Shown here: piece by piece, positions 11,974-22,943 of the stretch
How the letters are laid out: each line of letters begins with the position of its first letter
How positions within the stretch are numbered: position 1 is the first letter of the stretch
Virus record (IMG/VR): IMGVR_UViG_3300035682_000004
Strand: one strand, 5' to 3'
DNA: 64,000 bases
From: a virus
Position numbers and translations under genes: made by a program
The notes under the pieces: generated by a model
What the model was told of the DNA's origin: nothing
The model's input: the letters and a program-made list of their open reading frames with translations, nothing else
The model's database searches: none

Positions 11974-14900
11974 ATGGCCCAAAAAATAAAATTACGCAGA
12001 AGTTCTGTAGCAGGGAATGCCCCTACTACAACCCAATTAGAACTGGGAGAGTTAGCTATCAATACAAATGATGGTAAAATATATTTTGAAAAATCATCTT
12101 CAGTAGGAGAATCAATTCAACAAATAGTTGTAACAGATGCTTGGATTACAGGGTCAGTTAATGTATCAGGATCAATTGCTGTATCAGGTAGTGTAACCTT
12201 TCCTAATATTCCTCAAGGTACAACTGAAACTAATATTGTATTAAAAGACTCTAATGGTAATTTAGTTTATAGATCAGATTTAAATATATCAGGTCTATCT
12301 GGTCTTTCAGGTACTTCAGGATTAAGTGGAACAAGTGGACTATCAGGTCAATCAGGACTTTCAGGTGCAAGTGGTTTATCAGGTACATCAGGTATTGATG
12401 GTACAAGTGGATTATCAGGCTTAAGTGGTACTTCAGGACTTTCAGGAACATCAGGTCAAAATGGTGCTTCAGGTCAGGTTGGTACAAGCGGTTTAAGTGG
12501 AACTTCAGGTTTATCAGGTGTATCAGGTACAAGTGGCTTAAGTGGCACTTCAGGTATAGATGGTACTTCAGGTTTAAGTGGTACATCAGGTCTTTCAGGA
12601 ACATCAGGTCAAAATGGTACTTCAGGACAAGTAGGAACAAGTGGCTTAAGTGGTACATCAGGTCTATCAGGAACATCAGGTATAGATGGTACTTCAGGTC
12701 TTTCAGGTACATCAGGTATAAGTGGTAGAAGTGGTATTTCAGGTTTATCAGGTACATCTGGTTTATCCGGTGATTCTGGTTTATCAGGTTTATCAGGTAC
12801 TTCAGGGTTAAGTGGTATTTCAGGAACAAATGCTGGTATAACATCTTATACCAATCCAGGTAATGACCGTGTTATAACATCAGTAAATGCAAGTACAATA
12901 AATTCTGAAGCTAATTTAACATTTAATGGTTCACTTTTAAGAGTATCATCTTCAATACGGATTACTAGTGGTTCTGAAAGTTTTGACATAAATCAAGGAG
13001 CAAATCCTACCCAATCAATAGCTATTGGTGGTACTATATTAACAAATAATACAATAGGACAATTAAATATTGGTATAGGTGATGGAGCTCTTACAAACAA
13101 TACTACAGGTCAAGAAAATACTGCTATTGGTTTATATGCATTACAAGTAAACTCAACTGGCAATTATAATGTAGCTGTAGGTAATTTAGCTTTACAAAAT
13201 ACATCAGGTAGTAATAATACAGCACTTGGATATTCAGCAGGAGGTGGTGGAGGTGTTGATTCATCAACATCAGCTTCAGTATTTATAGGTTATAATACTA
13301 CTCCTAATAGTAATAATCAAGTTAACCAAATTGTTATAGGAGCAGATGCTGGAGGTAATGGTTCTAACACAACAGTAATAGGTAATTCAAATACTGTTAG
13401 TACACAATTACGAGGAACTATAACAGGTTCAGGAGTAAAATTAACAGCTATACCAGTAGGTACAACTGAAGATAGAATATTAGTATCAAATAATTCAGGA
13501 AATATATTCTATAGAACTAATTTAAGTCTATCAGGTTCATCTGGTTTATCAGGAACTTCAGGATTAAGTGGTACTTCAGGTTTATCAGGACAATCAGGAA
13601 TCTCAGGTTTAGAAGGTATATCAGGTTTAAGTGGTCGTTCAGGTTTATCCGGTCTCTCAGGTTTATCCGGTGTTGATGGAATTTCTGGTATATCAGGTTT
13701 AAGTGGTCAAGTTGGAACTTCAGGTCAAGTTGGAACAAGTGGTATTTCAGGTTTAAGTGGTGCAGTAGGCACATCGGGTATCTCAGGTCTAAGTGGTCAA
13801 ATAGGCGCTTCAGGACAAATTGGAACTTCAGGCTTAAGTGGATTAAGCGGTCAAGTAGGAGCATCAGGACAAATTGGTACTTCAGGATTAAGTGGTACTT
13901 CAGGTCTATCAGGAACATCAGGACAAGTAGGTGCTTCAGGCCAAGTAGGAACTTCAGGCTTAAGCGGTACGTCAGGATTAAGTGGCACAAGTGGTCTTTC
14001 AGGAACATCAGGTCAAAATGGGGCTTCAGGTCAAGTAGGAACATCAGGTCTTTCAGGCCAATCAGGTATAAATGGTACAAGTGGTTTAAGTGGAACTTCA
14101 GGCTTATCAGGCACAAGTGGTTTATCAGGAACTTCAGGACAAAATGGTGCCTCAGGTCAAGTCGGAACTTCAGGTCTTTCAGGCACAAGTGGTATTTCAG
14201 GTACATCGGGTATCTCAGGTCAATCAGGACAAGTTGGAGCATCAGGCCAAATAGGAACAAGTGGTTTAAGTGGTACATCAGGTTTATCAGGTACAAGTGG
14301 TCTTTCAGGTCAATCAGGCCAAGTAGGAGCCTCAGGACAAGTTGGTACTTCAGGTTTAAGTGGTACAAGTGGTTTAAGCGGTACTTCAGGACTTTCAGGC
14401 ACAAGTGGTATATCAGGAGCTTCAGGCCAAGTTGGAGCATCAGGCCAAATTGGAACATCAGGACTTTCAGGAACTTCAGGTTTATCAGGTCAATCAGGTA
14501 TTAATGGTGCCTCAGGCCAAGTTGGTACTTCAGGCTTAAGTGGTACTAGTGGCTTAAGTGGTACTTCTGGTTTAAGTGGTACAAGCGGTTTATCAGGAAC
14601 ATCAGGTCAAAATGGAGCTTCGGGTCAAGTTGGTACAAGCGGTTTATCAGGAACATCAGGACTTTCAGGTACATCAGGTCAAGTAGGTGCATCAGGTCAA
14701 GTAGGAACAAGTGGTATTTCAGGTCTAAGTGGCCAAGTTGGTGCCTCAGGACAAGTAGGAGCATCAGGTCAAGTAGGAACAAGCGGTATATCAGGACTTT
14801 CAGGCCAATCAGGTCAAATTGGCGCTTCAGGCCAAATAGGTACAAGTGGTATTTCAGGACTAAGTGGTACAAGTGGCATATCAGGTTTAAGTGGCACATC

Positions 14901-17900
14901 AGGTATATCAGGACTTTCAGGCCAATCAGGTCAAGTAGGCGCTTCAGGACAAGTAGGAACAAGTGGTATTTCAGGCCTAAGTGGCCAAGTAGGCGCTTCA
15001 GGCCAAGTAGGTACATCAGGTATAAGTGGTTTAAGTGGTCAAGTTGGCGCATCGGGTCAAGTAGGTGCTTCAGGCCAAGTTGGAACTAGTGGCATTTCAG
15101 GTTTATCAGGACAATCAGGTCAAGTTGGTACATCAGGCCAAATAGGAACATCAGGTATAAGTGGTCTTTCAGGTCAAGTCGGCGCTTCAGGACAAGTCGG
15201 AGCATCAGGACAAGTTGGAACATCAGGACTTTCAGGTCAAGTAGGTGCTTCAGGACAAGTCGGAGCCTCAGGACAGGTGGGTACAAGTGGTCTTTCAGGC
15301 CAAGTTGGCGCCTCAGGTCAAGTAGGTGCATCAGGTCAAGTTGGTACAAGTGGTATTTCAGGTTTAAGTGGCCAAGTAGGAGCATCAGGTCAAGTAGGAA
15401 CAAGCGGTATATCAGGACTTTCAGGCCAATCAGGTCAAGTCGGTGCTTCAGGTCAAGTTGGAACTAGTGGCATAAGTGGATTAAGCGGTCAAGTCGGTGC
15501 TTCAGGCCAAGTTGGAGCATCAGGACAAGTAGGTACTTCAGGACTTTCAGGCCAAGTTGGTGCTTCAGGCCAAGTCGGCGCTTCAGGCGCAGTAGGTGCT
15601 TCAGGTGCTGTAGGTATTTCAGGACTTTCAGGCCAAGTAGGAGCATCAGGACAGGTAGGTACAAGTGGCCTTTCAGGTCAAGTAGGTGCTTCAGGTCAAG
15701 TAGGTGCTTCAGGTCAAGTTGGAACAAGTGGTCTTTCAGGCTTAAGCGGTCAAGTTGGTGCGTCAGGACAAGTTGGAGCATCAGGCCAAGTTGGAACTAG
15801 TGGCATAAGTGGATTAAGCGGTCAAGTCGGTGCTTCAGGCCAAGTTGGTGCTTCAGGACAAGTCGGAGCTTCAGGAGCAGTAGGTGCTTCAGGACAAGTA
15901 GGAGCGTCAGGTCAAGTTGGAACAAGTGGTCTCTCAGGACAAGTTGGTGCTTCAGGACAGGTAGGAGCATCAGGTCAAGTTGGTACATCAGGTTTATCAG
16001 GAACATCAGGTCTTTCGGGTTTAGTAGGTCCTGTAGCAGGATCAGCAAACCAAGTGGTTTATAAAAATGGATCTAATGTAGCTGCAGGTTCAAATAACTT
16101 TAGTTTTGAGGACGTAACTCAAGTTTTATTTGTAAGTGGAAGTATTGCATCAGCAACTAAGATGACTACTCCAAATATTAGATTAAATAATGTAGGAGCA
16201 GGAAGTACTGAAAATAAAATTTTATTATTAGATGCATCAAATGATATAGTATATAGAACTGATTTATCTTTATCTGGTTTATCAGGTACATCAGGTTTAT
16301 CAGGTCAATCAGGCCAAGTTGGTGCTTCAGGACAGGTAGGAGCATCAGGTCAAGTAGGTGCCTCAGGCCAAGTTGGAACATCTGGTTTAAGTGGTCAAGT
16401 CGGAGCTTCAGGTCAAGTCGGAGCTTCAGGACAGGTAGGTACTTCAGGTCTCTCAGGACAAGTTGGTGCTTCAGGCCAAGTAGGCGCCTCAGGACAAGTA
16501 GGAGCTTCAGGACAAGTAGGAACAAGTGGTCTCTCAGGACAAGTTGGTGCTTCAGGTCAAGTTGGAGCTTCAGGCCAAGTTGGTACTTCAGGTCTAAGTG
16601 GTCAAGTTGGAGCTTCAGGTCAAGTCGGTGCTTCAGGACAGGTAGGTACTTCAGGTCTCTCAGGACAAGTAGGAGCATCAGGTCAAGTAGGCGCTTCAGG
16701 CCAAGTAGGCGCCTCAGGACAAGTCGGTGCTTCAGGACAGGTAGGTACTTCAGGTCTCTCAGGCCAAGTTGGAGCTTCAGGTCAAGTTGGTGCTTCAGGT
16801 CAAGTTGGAACAAGTGGTCTTTCAGGTCAAGTTGGAGCTTCAGGACAAGTAGGAGCGTCAGGTCAAGTAGGTGCTTCAGGCCAAGTTGGTACAAGTGGTC
16901 TGTCAGGCCAAGTTGGAGCTTCAGGTCAAGTTGGAGCTTCAGGACAGGTAGGTACAAGTGGTCTTTCAGGCCAAGTCGGTGCTTCAGGACAAGTTGGTGC
17001 TTCAGGACAGGTAGGCGCATCAGGTCAAGTTGGCGCCTCAGGTGCAGTAGGTATTTCAGGTCTAAGTGGTCAAGTAGGTGCTTCAGGTCAAGTCGGAGCC
17101 TCAGGTGCAGTAGGAGCGTCAGGTGCAGTAGGTGCTTCAGGTGCTGTAGGTATTTCAGGACTTTCAGGTCAAGTAGGTGCTTCAGGTGCCTCAGGTGCTT
17201 CAGGTGCGGTAGGTATATCAGGTATATCAGGTCTAGTAGGTCCGGTAGCCGGATCAGCAAATGAAGTAGTTTACAAAGATGGATCTAACAATCCAGCAGG
17301 CTCAGCTAATTTAGAATTTAATGGAACAAATTTATCAATAGCAGGAGCAGCAGAATTATTGCGTTTAAAAAATGATAGTGCTTATATAGCATTCTTTAAC
17401 ACAGCTAATAATACTCGTACTGGATACCTGCAATATAATGCTGGCGGTGGAGGTGATTTAAGAATAATGGGTGAAGTTGTTGCTAATTTAGCATTAGGAA
17501 CTGGTGGTGTAGATAGATTAAAAATTTCTAGTGCAGGTAATGTAGGTATTGGAACTACACCATCTGCTAAATTAACAGTTTCCGGAGATATTACAGCAAC
17601 TGGAAACATCACAGCATATTTCTCAGATGAAAGACTTAAAAAAGGATTAGAACCAATTAAAAGTGCTTTAAATAAAATTAAATCATTAAGAGCGGTAACT
17701 TATTACCAAAATGAATTAGCAGATACTTATTTTGAACCTAATACAGAAAGACAAGTCGGAGTTATAGCTCAAGATATACAAAAAATATTACCAGAAGCAG
17801 TAAAACCAGCACCTTTTGATGTTATTAGAGATGAAAATGATAAAATAGTTAGTAAATCAGGTAAAAATTACTTAACAGTACAATACGAAAAAGTAGTACC

Positions 17901-17973
17901 ATTATTAATTGCTGGTATTCAAGAATTAAATGATAAGGTAAATAATTTAGAAGAACAACTTAAAAATAAATAG
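11974..17973 (+). CDS. Giant (Ser-Gly-X)n tail fibre protein 2 with C-terminal peptidase S74-type intramolecular chaperone (1999 aa)
   Basis: N-terminal KIKLRRS...[16 protein letters not shown] baseplate-binding-type motif; GXS and GQVGAS repeats; NTAIG-type repeats; C-terminal SDERLKK...[15 protein letters not shown]...[15 protein letters not shown]. Confidence 0.85.
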   Translation: MAQKIKLRRSSVAGNAPTTTQLELGELAINTNDGKIYFEKSSSVGESIQQIVVTDAWITGSVNVSGSIAVSGSVTFPNIPQGTTETNIVLKDSNGNLVYRSDLNISGLSGLSGTSGLSGTSGLSGQSGLSGASGLSGTSGIDGTSGLSGLSGTSGLSGTSGQNGASGQVGTSGLSGTSGLSGVSGTSGLSGTSGIDGTSGLSGTSGLSGTSGQNGTSGQVGTSGLSGTSGLSGTSGIDGTSGLSGTSGISGRSGISGLSGTSGLSGDSGLSGLSGTSGLSGISGTNAGITSYTNPGNDRVITSVNASTINSEANLTFNGSLLRVSSSIRITSGSESFDINQGANPTQSIAIGGTILTNNTIGQLNIGIGDGALTNNTTGQENTAIGLYALQVNSTGNYNVAVGNLALQNTSGSNNTALGYSAGGGGGVDSSTSASVFIGYNTTPNSNNQVNQIVIGADAGGNGSNTTVIGNSNTVSTQLRGTITGSGVKLTAIPVGTTEDRILVSNNSGNIFYRTNLSLSGSSGLSGTSGLSGTSGLSGQSGISGLEGISGLSGRSGLSGLSGLSGVDGISGISGLSGQVGTSGQVGTSGISGLSGAVGTSGISGLSGQIGASGQIGTSGLSGLSGQVGASGQIGTSGLSGTSGLSGTSGQVGASGQVGTSGLSGTSGLSGTSGLSGTSGQNGASGQVGTSGLSGQSGINGTSGLSGTSGLSGTSGLSGTSGQNGASGQVGTSGLSGTSGISGTSGISGQSGQVGASGQIGTSGLSGTSGLSGTSGLSGQSGQVGASGQVGTSGLSGTSGLSGTSGLSGTSGISGASGQVGASGQIGTSGLSGTSGLSGQSGINGASGQVGTSGLSGTSGLSGTSGLSGTSGLSGTSGQNGASGQVGTSGLSGTSGLSGTSGQVGASGQVGTSGISGLSGQVGASGQVGASGQVGTSGISGLSGQSGQIGASGQIGTSGISGLSGTSGISGLSGTSGISGLSGQSGQVGASGQVGTSGISGLSGQVGASGQVGTSGISGLSGQVGASGQVGASGQVGTSGISGLSGQSGQVGTSGQIGTSGISGLSGQVGASGQVGASGQVGTSGLSGQVGASGQVGASGQVGTSGLSGQVGASGQVGASGQVGTSGISGLSGQVGASGQVGTSGISGLSGQSGQVGASGQVGTSGISGLSGQVGASGQVGASGQVGTSGLSGQVGASGQVGASGAVGASGAVGISGLSGQVGASGQVGTSGLSGQVGASGQVGASGQVGTSGLSGLSGQVGASGQVGASGQVGTSGISGLSGQVGASGQVGASGQVGASGAVGASGQVGASGQVGTSGLSGQVGASGQVGASGQVGTSGLSGTSGLSGLVGPVAGSANQVVYKNGSNVAAGSNNFSFEDVTQVLFVSGSIASATKMTTPNIRLNNVGAGSTENKILLLDASNDIVYRTDLSLSGLSGTSGLSGQSGQVGASGQVGASGQVGASGQVGTSGLSGQVGASGQVGASGQVGTSGLSGQVGASGQVGASGQVGASGQVGTSGLSGQVGASGQVGASGQVGTSGLSGQVGASGQVGASGQVGTSGLSGQVGASGQVGASGQVGASGQVGASGQVGTSGLSGQVGASGQVGASGQVGTSGLSGQVGASGQVGASGQVGASGQVGTSGLSGQVGASGQVGASGQVGTSGLSGQVGASGQVGASGQVGASGQVGASGAVGISGLSGQVGASGQVGASGAVGASGAVGASGAVGISGLSGQVGASGASGASGAVGISGISGLVGPVAGSANEVVYKDGSNNPAGSANLEFNGTNLSIAGAAELLRLKNDSAYIAFFNTANNTRTGYLQYNAGGGGDLRIMGEVVANLALGTGGVDRLKISSAGNVGIGTTPSAKLTVSGDITATGNITAYFSDERLKKGLEPIKSALNKIKSLRAVTYYQNELADTYFEPNTERQVGVIAQDIQKILPEAVKPAPFDVIRDENDKIVSKSGKNYLTVQYEKVVPLLIAGIQELNDKVNNLEEQLKNK

Positions 17974-17975
17974 TT

Positions 17976-18560
17976 ATGACTATAACAGGTTCAGGTAATC
18001 CACTTTCATTAAATGATTTAAATGTAGAATTTAATAGAGGAGCCACTTCTCAACTTTCACTTTCTCAATCATTTGCTGGTACTTATGCTCAATATGGTGC
18101 TATAAATAGAAATACTAGCCCCGGTCAAAATGTAACTAATGTATTTAATGTAGGTACTGATTTTGATATATATTGGTTTTATGATTATAATGACACAGAA
18201 AATAATTATTGGGATTATACATTTACTAATGACTCTGTAAATGATGTTGGACAAATACAAATTTCAATTGGAGGAACAGATATCTATTTGTACAATACTT
18301 TTCCTTGTTGTAATTTCCAAGACGCTACATCAGGATTTATTGATACTACAACATCAGCAACTACAGGAGCTAATTTAGATCTAGCTATAAAAAACACCTA
18401 TGGTATCGCGTATGTAGATATATTAGTTATTGATCCTGACACATCAGCTACTATATACACTGTAACTGGTGATGATCCAAATAACTATGGTTCTTTTCCT
18501 ACTTTAGCTACATTATACGGATATCAAAGAATGCAATGGACTATGACTTTTTATGATTAA
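17976..18560 (+). CDS. Hypothetical fibre-associated protein (possible tip or adhesin)
   Basis: The N-terminus GSGNPLSLNDLNVEF resembles small proteins that follow S74 fibres; start is tightly coupled to the fibre stop. Confidence 0.55.
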   Translation: MTITGSGNPLSLNDLNVEFNRGATSQLSLSQSFAGTYAQYGAINRNTSPGQNVTNVFNVGTDFDIYWFYDYNDTENNYWDYTFTNDSVNDVGQIQISIGGTDIYLYNTFPCCNFQDATSGFIDTTTSATTGANLDLAIKNTYGIAYVDILVIDPDTSATIYTVTGDDPNNYGSFPTLATLYGYQRMQWTMTFYD

Positions 18561-18581
18561 TAATATTTATAATAAAACAAA

Positions 18582-18905
18582 ATGGCAATACAAGTAACAA
18601 ATTTCAACCCCGTATGGAAATACGAAAATGTAAGAAATGAAAATCTAGCTCAAGTTGAGTACACAGATGGCTCTTATATCTTTATTAACTGCGAAACAAT
18701 TAATAGAACCTCAGTAACTATTAATACAATAGTTTATGATAAAAATTCTTCTATAACAGATGCAAAATTAAGAGGACGTATAACATATGAATTTGTTCCT
18801 ATGAATGTTGAAGGAAACTTATTAGGATTAGCTCATGATTATGTTATAGCTCAATTAACAACTCTTAATCCTGGAGTAACATTTACTAAAGTAAGTTTAA
18901 TTTAA
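18582..18905 (+). CDS. Hypothetical protein
   Basis: ORF preceded by ATATTTAT at 18563. Confidence 0.6.
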   Translation: MAIQVTNFNPVWKYENVRNENLAQVEYTDGSYIFINCETINRTSVTINTIVYDKNSSITDAKLRGRITYEFVPMNVEGNLLGLAHDYVIAQLTTLNPGVTFTKVSLI

Positions 18906-18907
18906 AC

Positions 18908-18939
18908 TTGGATATCTAAAACCAAGTTATTATATTTAT
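18908..18939 (+). promoter_or_regulatory. Bacteroidota-type promoter (TTGG ... TATATTT), overlapping an ATATTTAT motif
   Basis: TTG at 18908, 20-nt spacer, TATATTT at 18931; lies upstream of the glycosyltransferase pair. Confidence 0.6.
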
Positions 18940-18958
18940 TAGTAAATACAATTAAGTT

Positions 18959-20272
18959 ATGACCCAAAATGATAAAATAACTGTTATCATTCACACGGAG
19001 AATGAAACTAAGTTATCAACTTTATTAGATCAATTACATCAACATCCCTTAAAATCTCAATTTCAAACTTTACAAGTTAATTGTAAAGGCATCACTCCTT
19101 GGTTAGAACCAAATATGTTAAACAAGTTAACAACACTTGCTTATCAAAATTATGTTATTACACCTACTCAAAGTCAACCTGTATCTTCAATTGTAGAACT
19201 TATATCTAAAACTAAAACTGAATATAGTTTAATTATAGATGAGTCTAATACACACTTTGACGTTAAAGAATGGAATACACTGTATAATACCATTTTATTA
19301 GCACAAACAAATGACTTATTACGCCTTAATTGGGATACTAATTATCAATCTATAACATGGTTTATAGCGGATTTAATTAGTCAAAAAACAAGACATAAAT
19401 TTAACCTAGATGACACTTCAGACTCAGAACGATATTTTAAAAAAATAGACCATCCATTATTTTATGAACGTATTATTTATGTTGATGGTGGATTAGGTGA
19501 CCATGTTATGGCATATCCATTACTAGAAAAAATAGGAAGTGATTGTTATGTTTGTTCTATTTATCCTTTTTCTATAAATCACATTAATATTAAAGGATTT
19601 ATTAATTGGACTGATGAATTATTTGGTGGATATAAACGATTTGTTTACACTTACGGTTCATCAAATAACTCTCCTACAATTATAGACGCATTTTTTGAAA
19701 TGTATGGAGAAAAAAGACATACAACTAATATTTTAAAATATACAGGAGTTAAAACTAAATTTGAAAATCCAACAGGTAAACCATTAGCTTTAATAAGTAC
19801 AACAGCAGCTAAAATCCAGAATCAAGATTCAAATAAAGACTGGGTTGATGTTAGATGGTTTAAATTAATATTTGAATTAAAAAAATTAGGTTTTCATGTT
19901 ATTCAAGTAGGTTCTCATAAAGATGATCAAATTCCTCTTTCACCAGCTCCAGCCGGAGTTGATGGTAAATTTTTAGATAAATCTATTCCTGAATTAGCAG
20001 GATTAATTGATGAAGCTAAATTGTGGTTAAGTGTGGATACATTTGTTCATCACTTTGCAGCTTCTGTAAACCCACATTCTGGAATTTGTTTAACTCCATT
20101 TTATAACAATCATGCTAAACATCCAGGTGTAAAGTATATTGAAAAAGATTGTGGTAAAAATTACTATGATAGAAGATGGTGGTTAGATTTACAACAACCA
20201 GAAAGAAAAGAATGTATGAATCTAATTAAATTAGATGATGTATTAAATGTTATTAAAAGTAAAATAAAATAA
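18959..20272 (+). CDS. Glycosyltransferase, GT9 / heptosyltransferase-like (GT-B fold)
   Basis: GGLGDHVMAYP, NKDW, VIQVG and LSVDTFVHHFAA motifs. Confidence 0.7.
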   Translation: MTQNDKITVIIHTENETKLSTLLDQLHQHPLKSQFQTLQVNCKGITPWLEPNMLNKLTTLAYQNYVITPTQSQPVSSIVELISKTKTEYSLIIDESNTHFDVKEWNTLYNTILLAQTNDLLRLNWDTNYQSITWFIADLISQKTRHKFNLDDTSDSERYFKKIDHPLFYERIIYVDGGLGDHVMAYPLLEKIGSDCYVCSIYPFSINHINIKGFINWTDELFGGYKRFVYTYGSSNNSPTIIDAFFEMYGEKRHTTNILKYTGVKTKFENPTGKPLALISTTAAKIQNQDSNKDWVDVRWFKLIFELKKLGFHVIQVGSHKDDQIPLSPAPAGVDGKFLDKSIPELAGLIDEAKLWLSVDTFVHHFAASVNPHSGICLTPFYNNHAKHPGVKYIEKDCGKNYYDRRWWLDLQQPERKECMNLIKLDDVLNVIKSKIK

Positions 20273-22101
20273 TGAAACCATTATCATTAACAACACCTAT
20301 TTACAATAATGTAAATAATAATAAAACAGCTAAATTAACTTGGTTAGCTAAATATGATGATTATGCATCAATGGGAATTTTGTCTCAACGTTTATTAGAA
20401 CAATTAAATGATACTATAGATTTATCTTGTGAAGCTATAATTGGAAAAACAGAAACTAAAAACCCATTAATTCATACTTTATTAGATAAACCATTAAATA
20501 CTGATTTAGGTATTATGTTCTCTTATCCTGATATGGTACGATATTTAGATAATTTTAAAACTAAAGTAATTTACACTGGAGTTGATACAACAGGTGAAGC
20601 TGGTAATTTTGTAGCTAATGGGAACTCAGCAGATTTTTTATTAACACCTTCTAACATATCAAAAAATAGAATAAAAAATATGGGTATCACTAAACCTATA
20701 TTTGTATTACCACATGGAATTGATCCTAAAATATTTAAATATACACCTAGAATTAAAGGAGATAAATTTAAATTTTTATATGTTGGAGAATGTTCAGATA
20801 GAAAAGGTATATTTCATACTTTAAACGCTTTTATTAATTTATTTGGAAATAGTGATAGTGTAGAATTACATATTAAATCAAATGATGCTATGTTGTTTTA
20901 CAACAGTAAAGAAGTAAAAGACATTATAAAAGATTACACTAATATATTTTGGCATATAAGTGATGAAGGACATGATAGAGTAATTGAATTATATAAAGAA
21001 TGTCATGCTTATGTTTATCCATCTAGAGGTGATTCGTTTGGAATGACTCTATTAGAAGCAATAGCTTGTGGTTTACCAACAATAGCAACTTCAGAACCAG
21101 GTGCAACAGAATTAATTAAAGGTAGATACTATAATGTTTCTACTAAATCAGTACCTGTTAAAAATCATCCTTGGTTTATTGGTAATTGGGGTGAACCAAA
21201 TCTTAAAGATTTAATAAAACATATGAAATATGTTTATGACTATTATGATTTAATTATTGAAAGTAAAGAGTTAAAAGAAAACTCAGACTATGTCAGAGAA
21301 AATTATTCTTGGGAAAAAATAGCTAATATGTTTAAAAATGATATTTTACCTAAATTAATTAAACCAACTAAAGTACTTACATTATTAACATCATATGATA
21401 GACCTCATCATATTAAAAATGTTATTAATTCATTAAAAAATATTCAAGAACCAGGAATTATAAATGATATTTATATTGTTGAAAATTCACATCCTGAATA
21501 TAAAAATGAAGCACTAAAAACTATTAAAGAAAACATTAATGAACGATTTAAAGTTCATAACTCAGAATTTAATATGGGTCAAAGAGCAGCAATGCTTCAA
21601 ATGTTTGATGATATGAATATTGATGATTATGATTTTATTCAATTTACAGACCAAGATAATTTATTTGTTGAACCTATAAGTACGTATTGTAATATATTAA
21701 ATCAATTCCCAGACAAATATGTTACTACAGGTTATATGAGTAAAGAACATGGTGAATTAGGATGGATAAAAACTCAATTTGGAAACTTATGTGAAAAAAC
21801 AGCTTGCAGAGCCGGACATATGGTTATGCGAGTTAAAGATATTAAAAATATGATGCCTATTCATTTAGATAGAATGCATAATAATTCATATGTAAATTCA
21901 TCATGGAATGCTGGTTTAGATTGGGAATTAACTCATTGGAATCCAAAATCACCAGGAGCACAAGGTAAACAAAATTTTATATTATGTGTTCCTGGAGGAG
22001 TACTACATAAAGGTACAGATAGTACAATGTATGACTGGCCAGTAGAAGAAAATGAGTATAAATTAGAAGAGTTAATAGAATTAAGAAAAAATAAACTTTA
22101 A
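20272..22101 (+). CDS. Two-domain glycosyltransferase (N-terminal GT4 plus C-terminal GT2-like)
   Basis: GT4 motifs RKG, YVYPSRGDSFGMTLLEAIACGLP and YSWEK; C-terminal LLTSYDRP...IVEN...FTDQD (DxD). Confidence 0.8.
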   Translation: MKPLSLTTPIYNNVNNNKTAKLTWLAKYDDYASMGILSQRLLEQLNDTIDLSCEAIIGKTETKNPLIHTLLDKPLNTDLGIMFSYPDMVRYLDNFKTKVIYTGVDTTGEAGNFVANGNSADFLLTPSNISKNRIKNMGITKPIFVLPHGIDPKIFKYTPRIKGDKFKFLYVGECSDRKGIFHTLNAFINLFGNSDSVELHIKSNDAMLFYNSKEVKDIIKDYTNIFWHISDEGHDRVIELYKECHAYVYPSRGDSFGMTLLEAIACGLPTIATSEPGATELIKGRYYNVSTKSVPVKNHPWFIGNWGEPNLKDLIKHMKYVYDYYDLIIESKELKENSDYVRENYSWEKIANMFKNDILPKLIKPTKVLTLLTSYDRPHHIKNVINSLKNIQEPGIINDIYIVENSHPEYKNEALKTIKENINERFKVHNSEFNMGQRAAMLQMFDDMNIDDYDFIQFTDQDNLFVEPISTYCNILNQFPDKYVTTGYMSKEHGELGWIKTQFGNLCEKTACRAGHMVMRVKDIKNMMPIHLDRMHNNSYVNSSWNAGLDWELTHWNPKSPGAQGKQNFILCVPGGVLHKGTDSTMYDWPVEENEYKLEELIELRKNKL

Positions 22102-22170
22102 TTTGGATCTTTAAAATATCTTTGTATATTTATATATATAAACTTAACCCATAAACCCCATTAAAAAATT

Positions 22171-22428
22171 ATGTCAACACTTTTAATTTTTATTATAATT
22201 ACGGTATTAGTATTAACTGGTATCTTATTTGTAATCGTAGGAAAAGAAAATACACCTACAAACAAAAAACCTAATTCTTTATTCCCAGTTGAGGACTTTC
22301 CATCATTTGAAGATGCTCCTGTAGTTGAAGAAAAACCATTTACTGAACATACTCAATCAGCTAAAAAGAAAAAACATTACTATAGTAATAAAACAAAAAA
22401 ACCAAAACAAGTTAAAGCTAATCAATAA
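22171..22428 (+). CDS. Small membrane-anchored hypothetical protein
   Basis: Hydrophobic N-terminal helix and basic C-terminus. Confidence 0.6.
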   Translation: MSTLLIFIIITVLVLTGILFVIVGKENTPTNKKPNSLFPVEDFPSFEDAPVVEEKPFTEHTQSAKKKKHYYSNKTKKPKQVKANQ

Positions 22429-22862
22429 TGGCTCATATCCATTTATCATTACAAGAAATCTATAAACTTGATTCAGAGCTTAATGGTTTTGTAAATCAAG
22501 AAACAGGTGAAATTTTATCATTAGGATTATTAAGTGAAAATTTAAGTTTACCTACTAAATATTGGTTAACTAATTTAGCTAAAAGAACATCATCTGAAAA
22601 ATCTATTATTAATCAATTAAAAGAAGATTTAATTGTAAAATATGGTACTAAAGATAAAAATGATAATTTTGAAATTCCTGTATGGACTGATGAAACTAAA
22701 ACAAATTTTAATCCATTATATATACAATTTCAAGAAGAATTCAATGGTTTATTACAAGAAGTAAAAGAAATTGAATATCATGAATTTAAATTAGAAGAAT
22801 TTAATGATGTTAAAACATCAGATAATTATATTATATTTTATAAATTAATCCAAATAGATTAA
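22428..22862 (+). CDS. Hypothetical protein
   Basis: Coupled ORF with codon usage like neighbouring genes. Confidence 0.65.
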   Translation: MAHIHLSLQEIYKLDSELNGFVNQETGEILSLGLLSENLSLPTKYWLTNLAKRTSSEKSIINQLKEDLIVKYGTKDKNDNFEIPVWTDETKTNFNPLYIQFQEEFNGLLQEVKEIEYHEFKLEEFNDVKTSDNYIIFYKLIQID

Positions 22863-22884
22863 TATATTATTATGTGATATTTAT

Positions 22885-22908
22885 AAACCGCTAGCAGTAG
22901 CGGTTTTT
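22885..22908 (+). terminator. Intrinsic terminator
   Basis: AAACCGCTA-GCAG-TAGCGGTTT followed by T residues. Confidence 0.75.
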
Positions 22909-22943
22909 CTCTTATCTTTCCATATTTATAATAAAACTATTAA

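Noticed and set aside
4901-17260. Long minus-strand ORFs (PDKPEIP... and YLINLKYHL... types) over fibre genes 1 and 2
   Set aside because: Shadow frames of the 9-bp periodic Ser-Gly-X codons, which lack stops in two antisense frames. They coincide with the repeats and show no independent signals.
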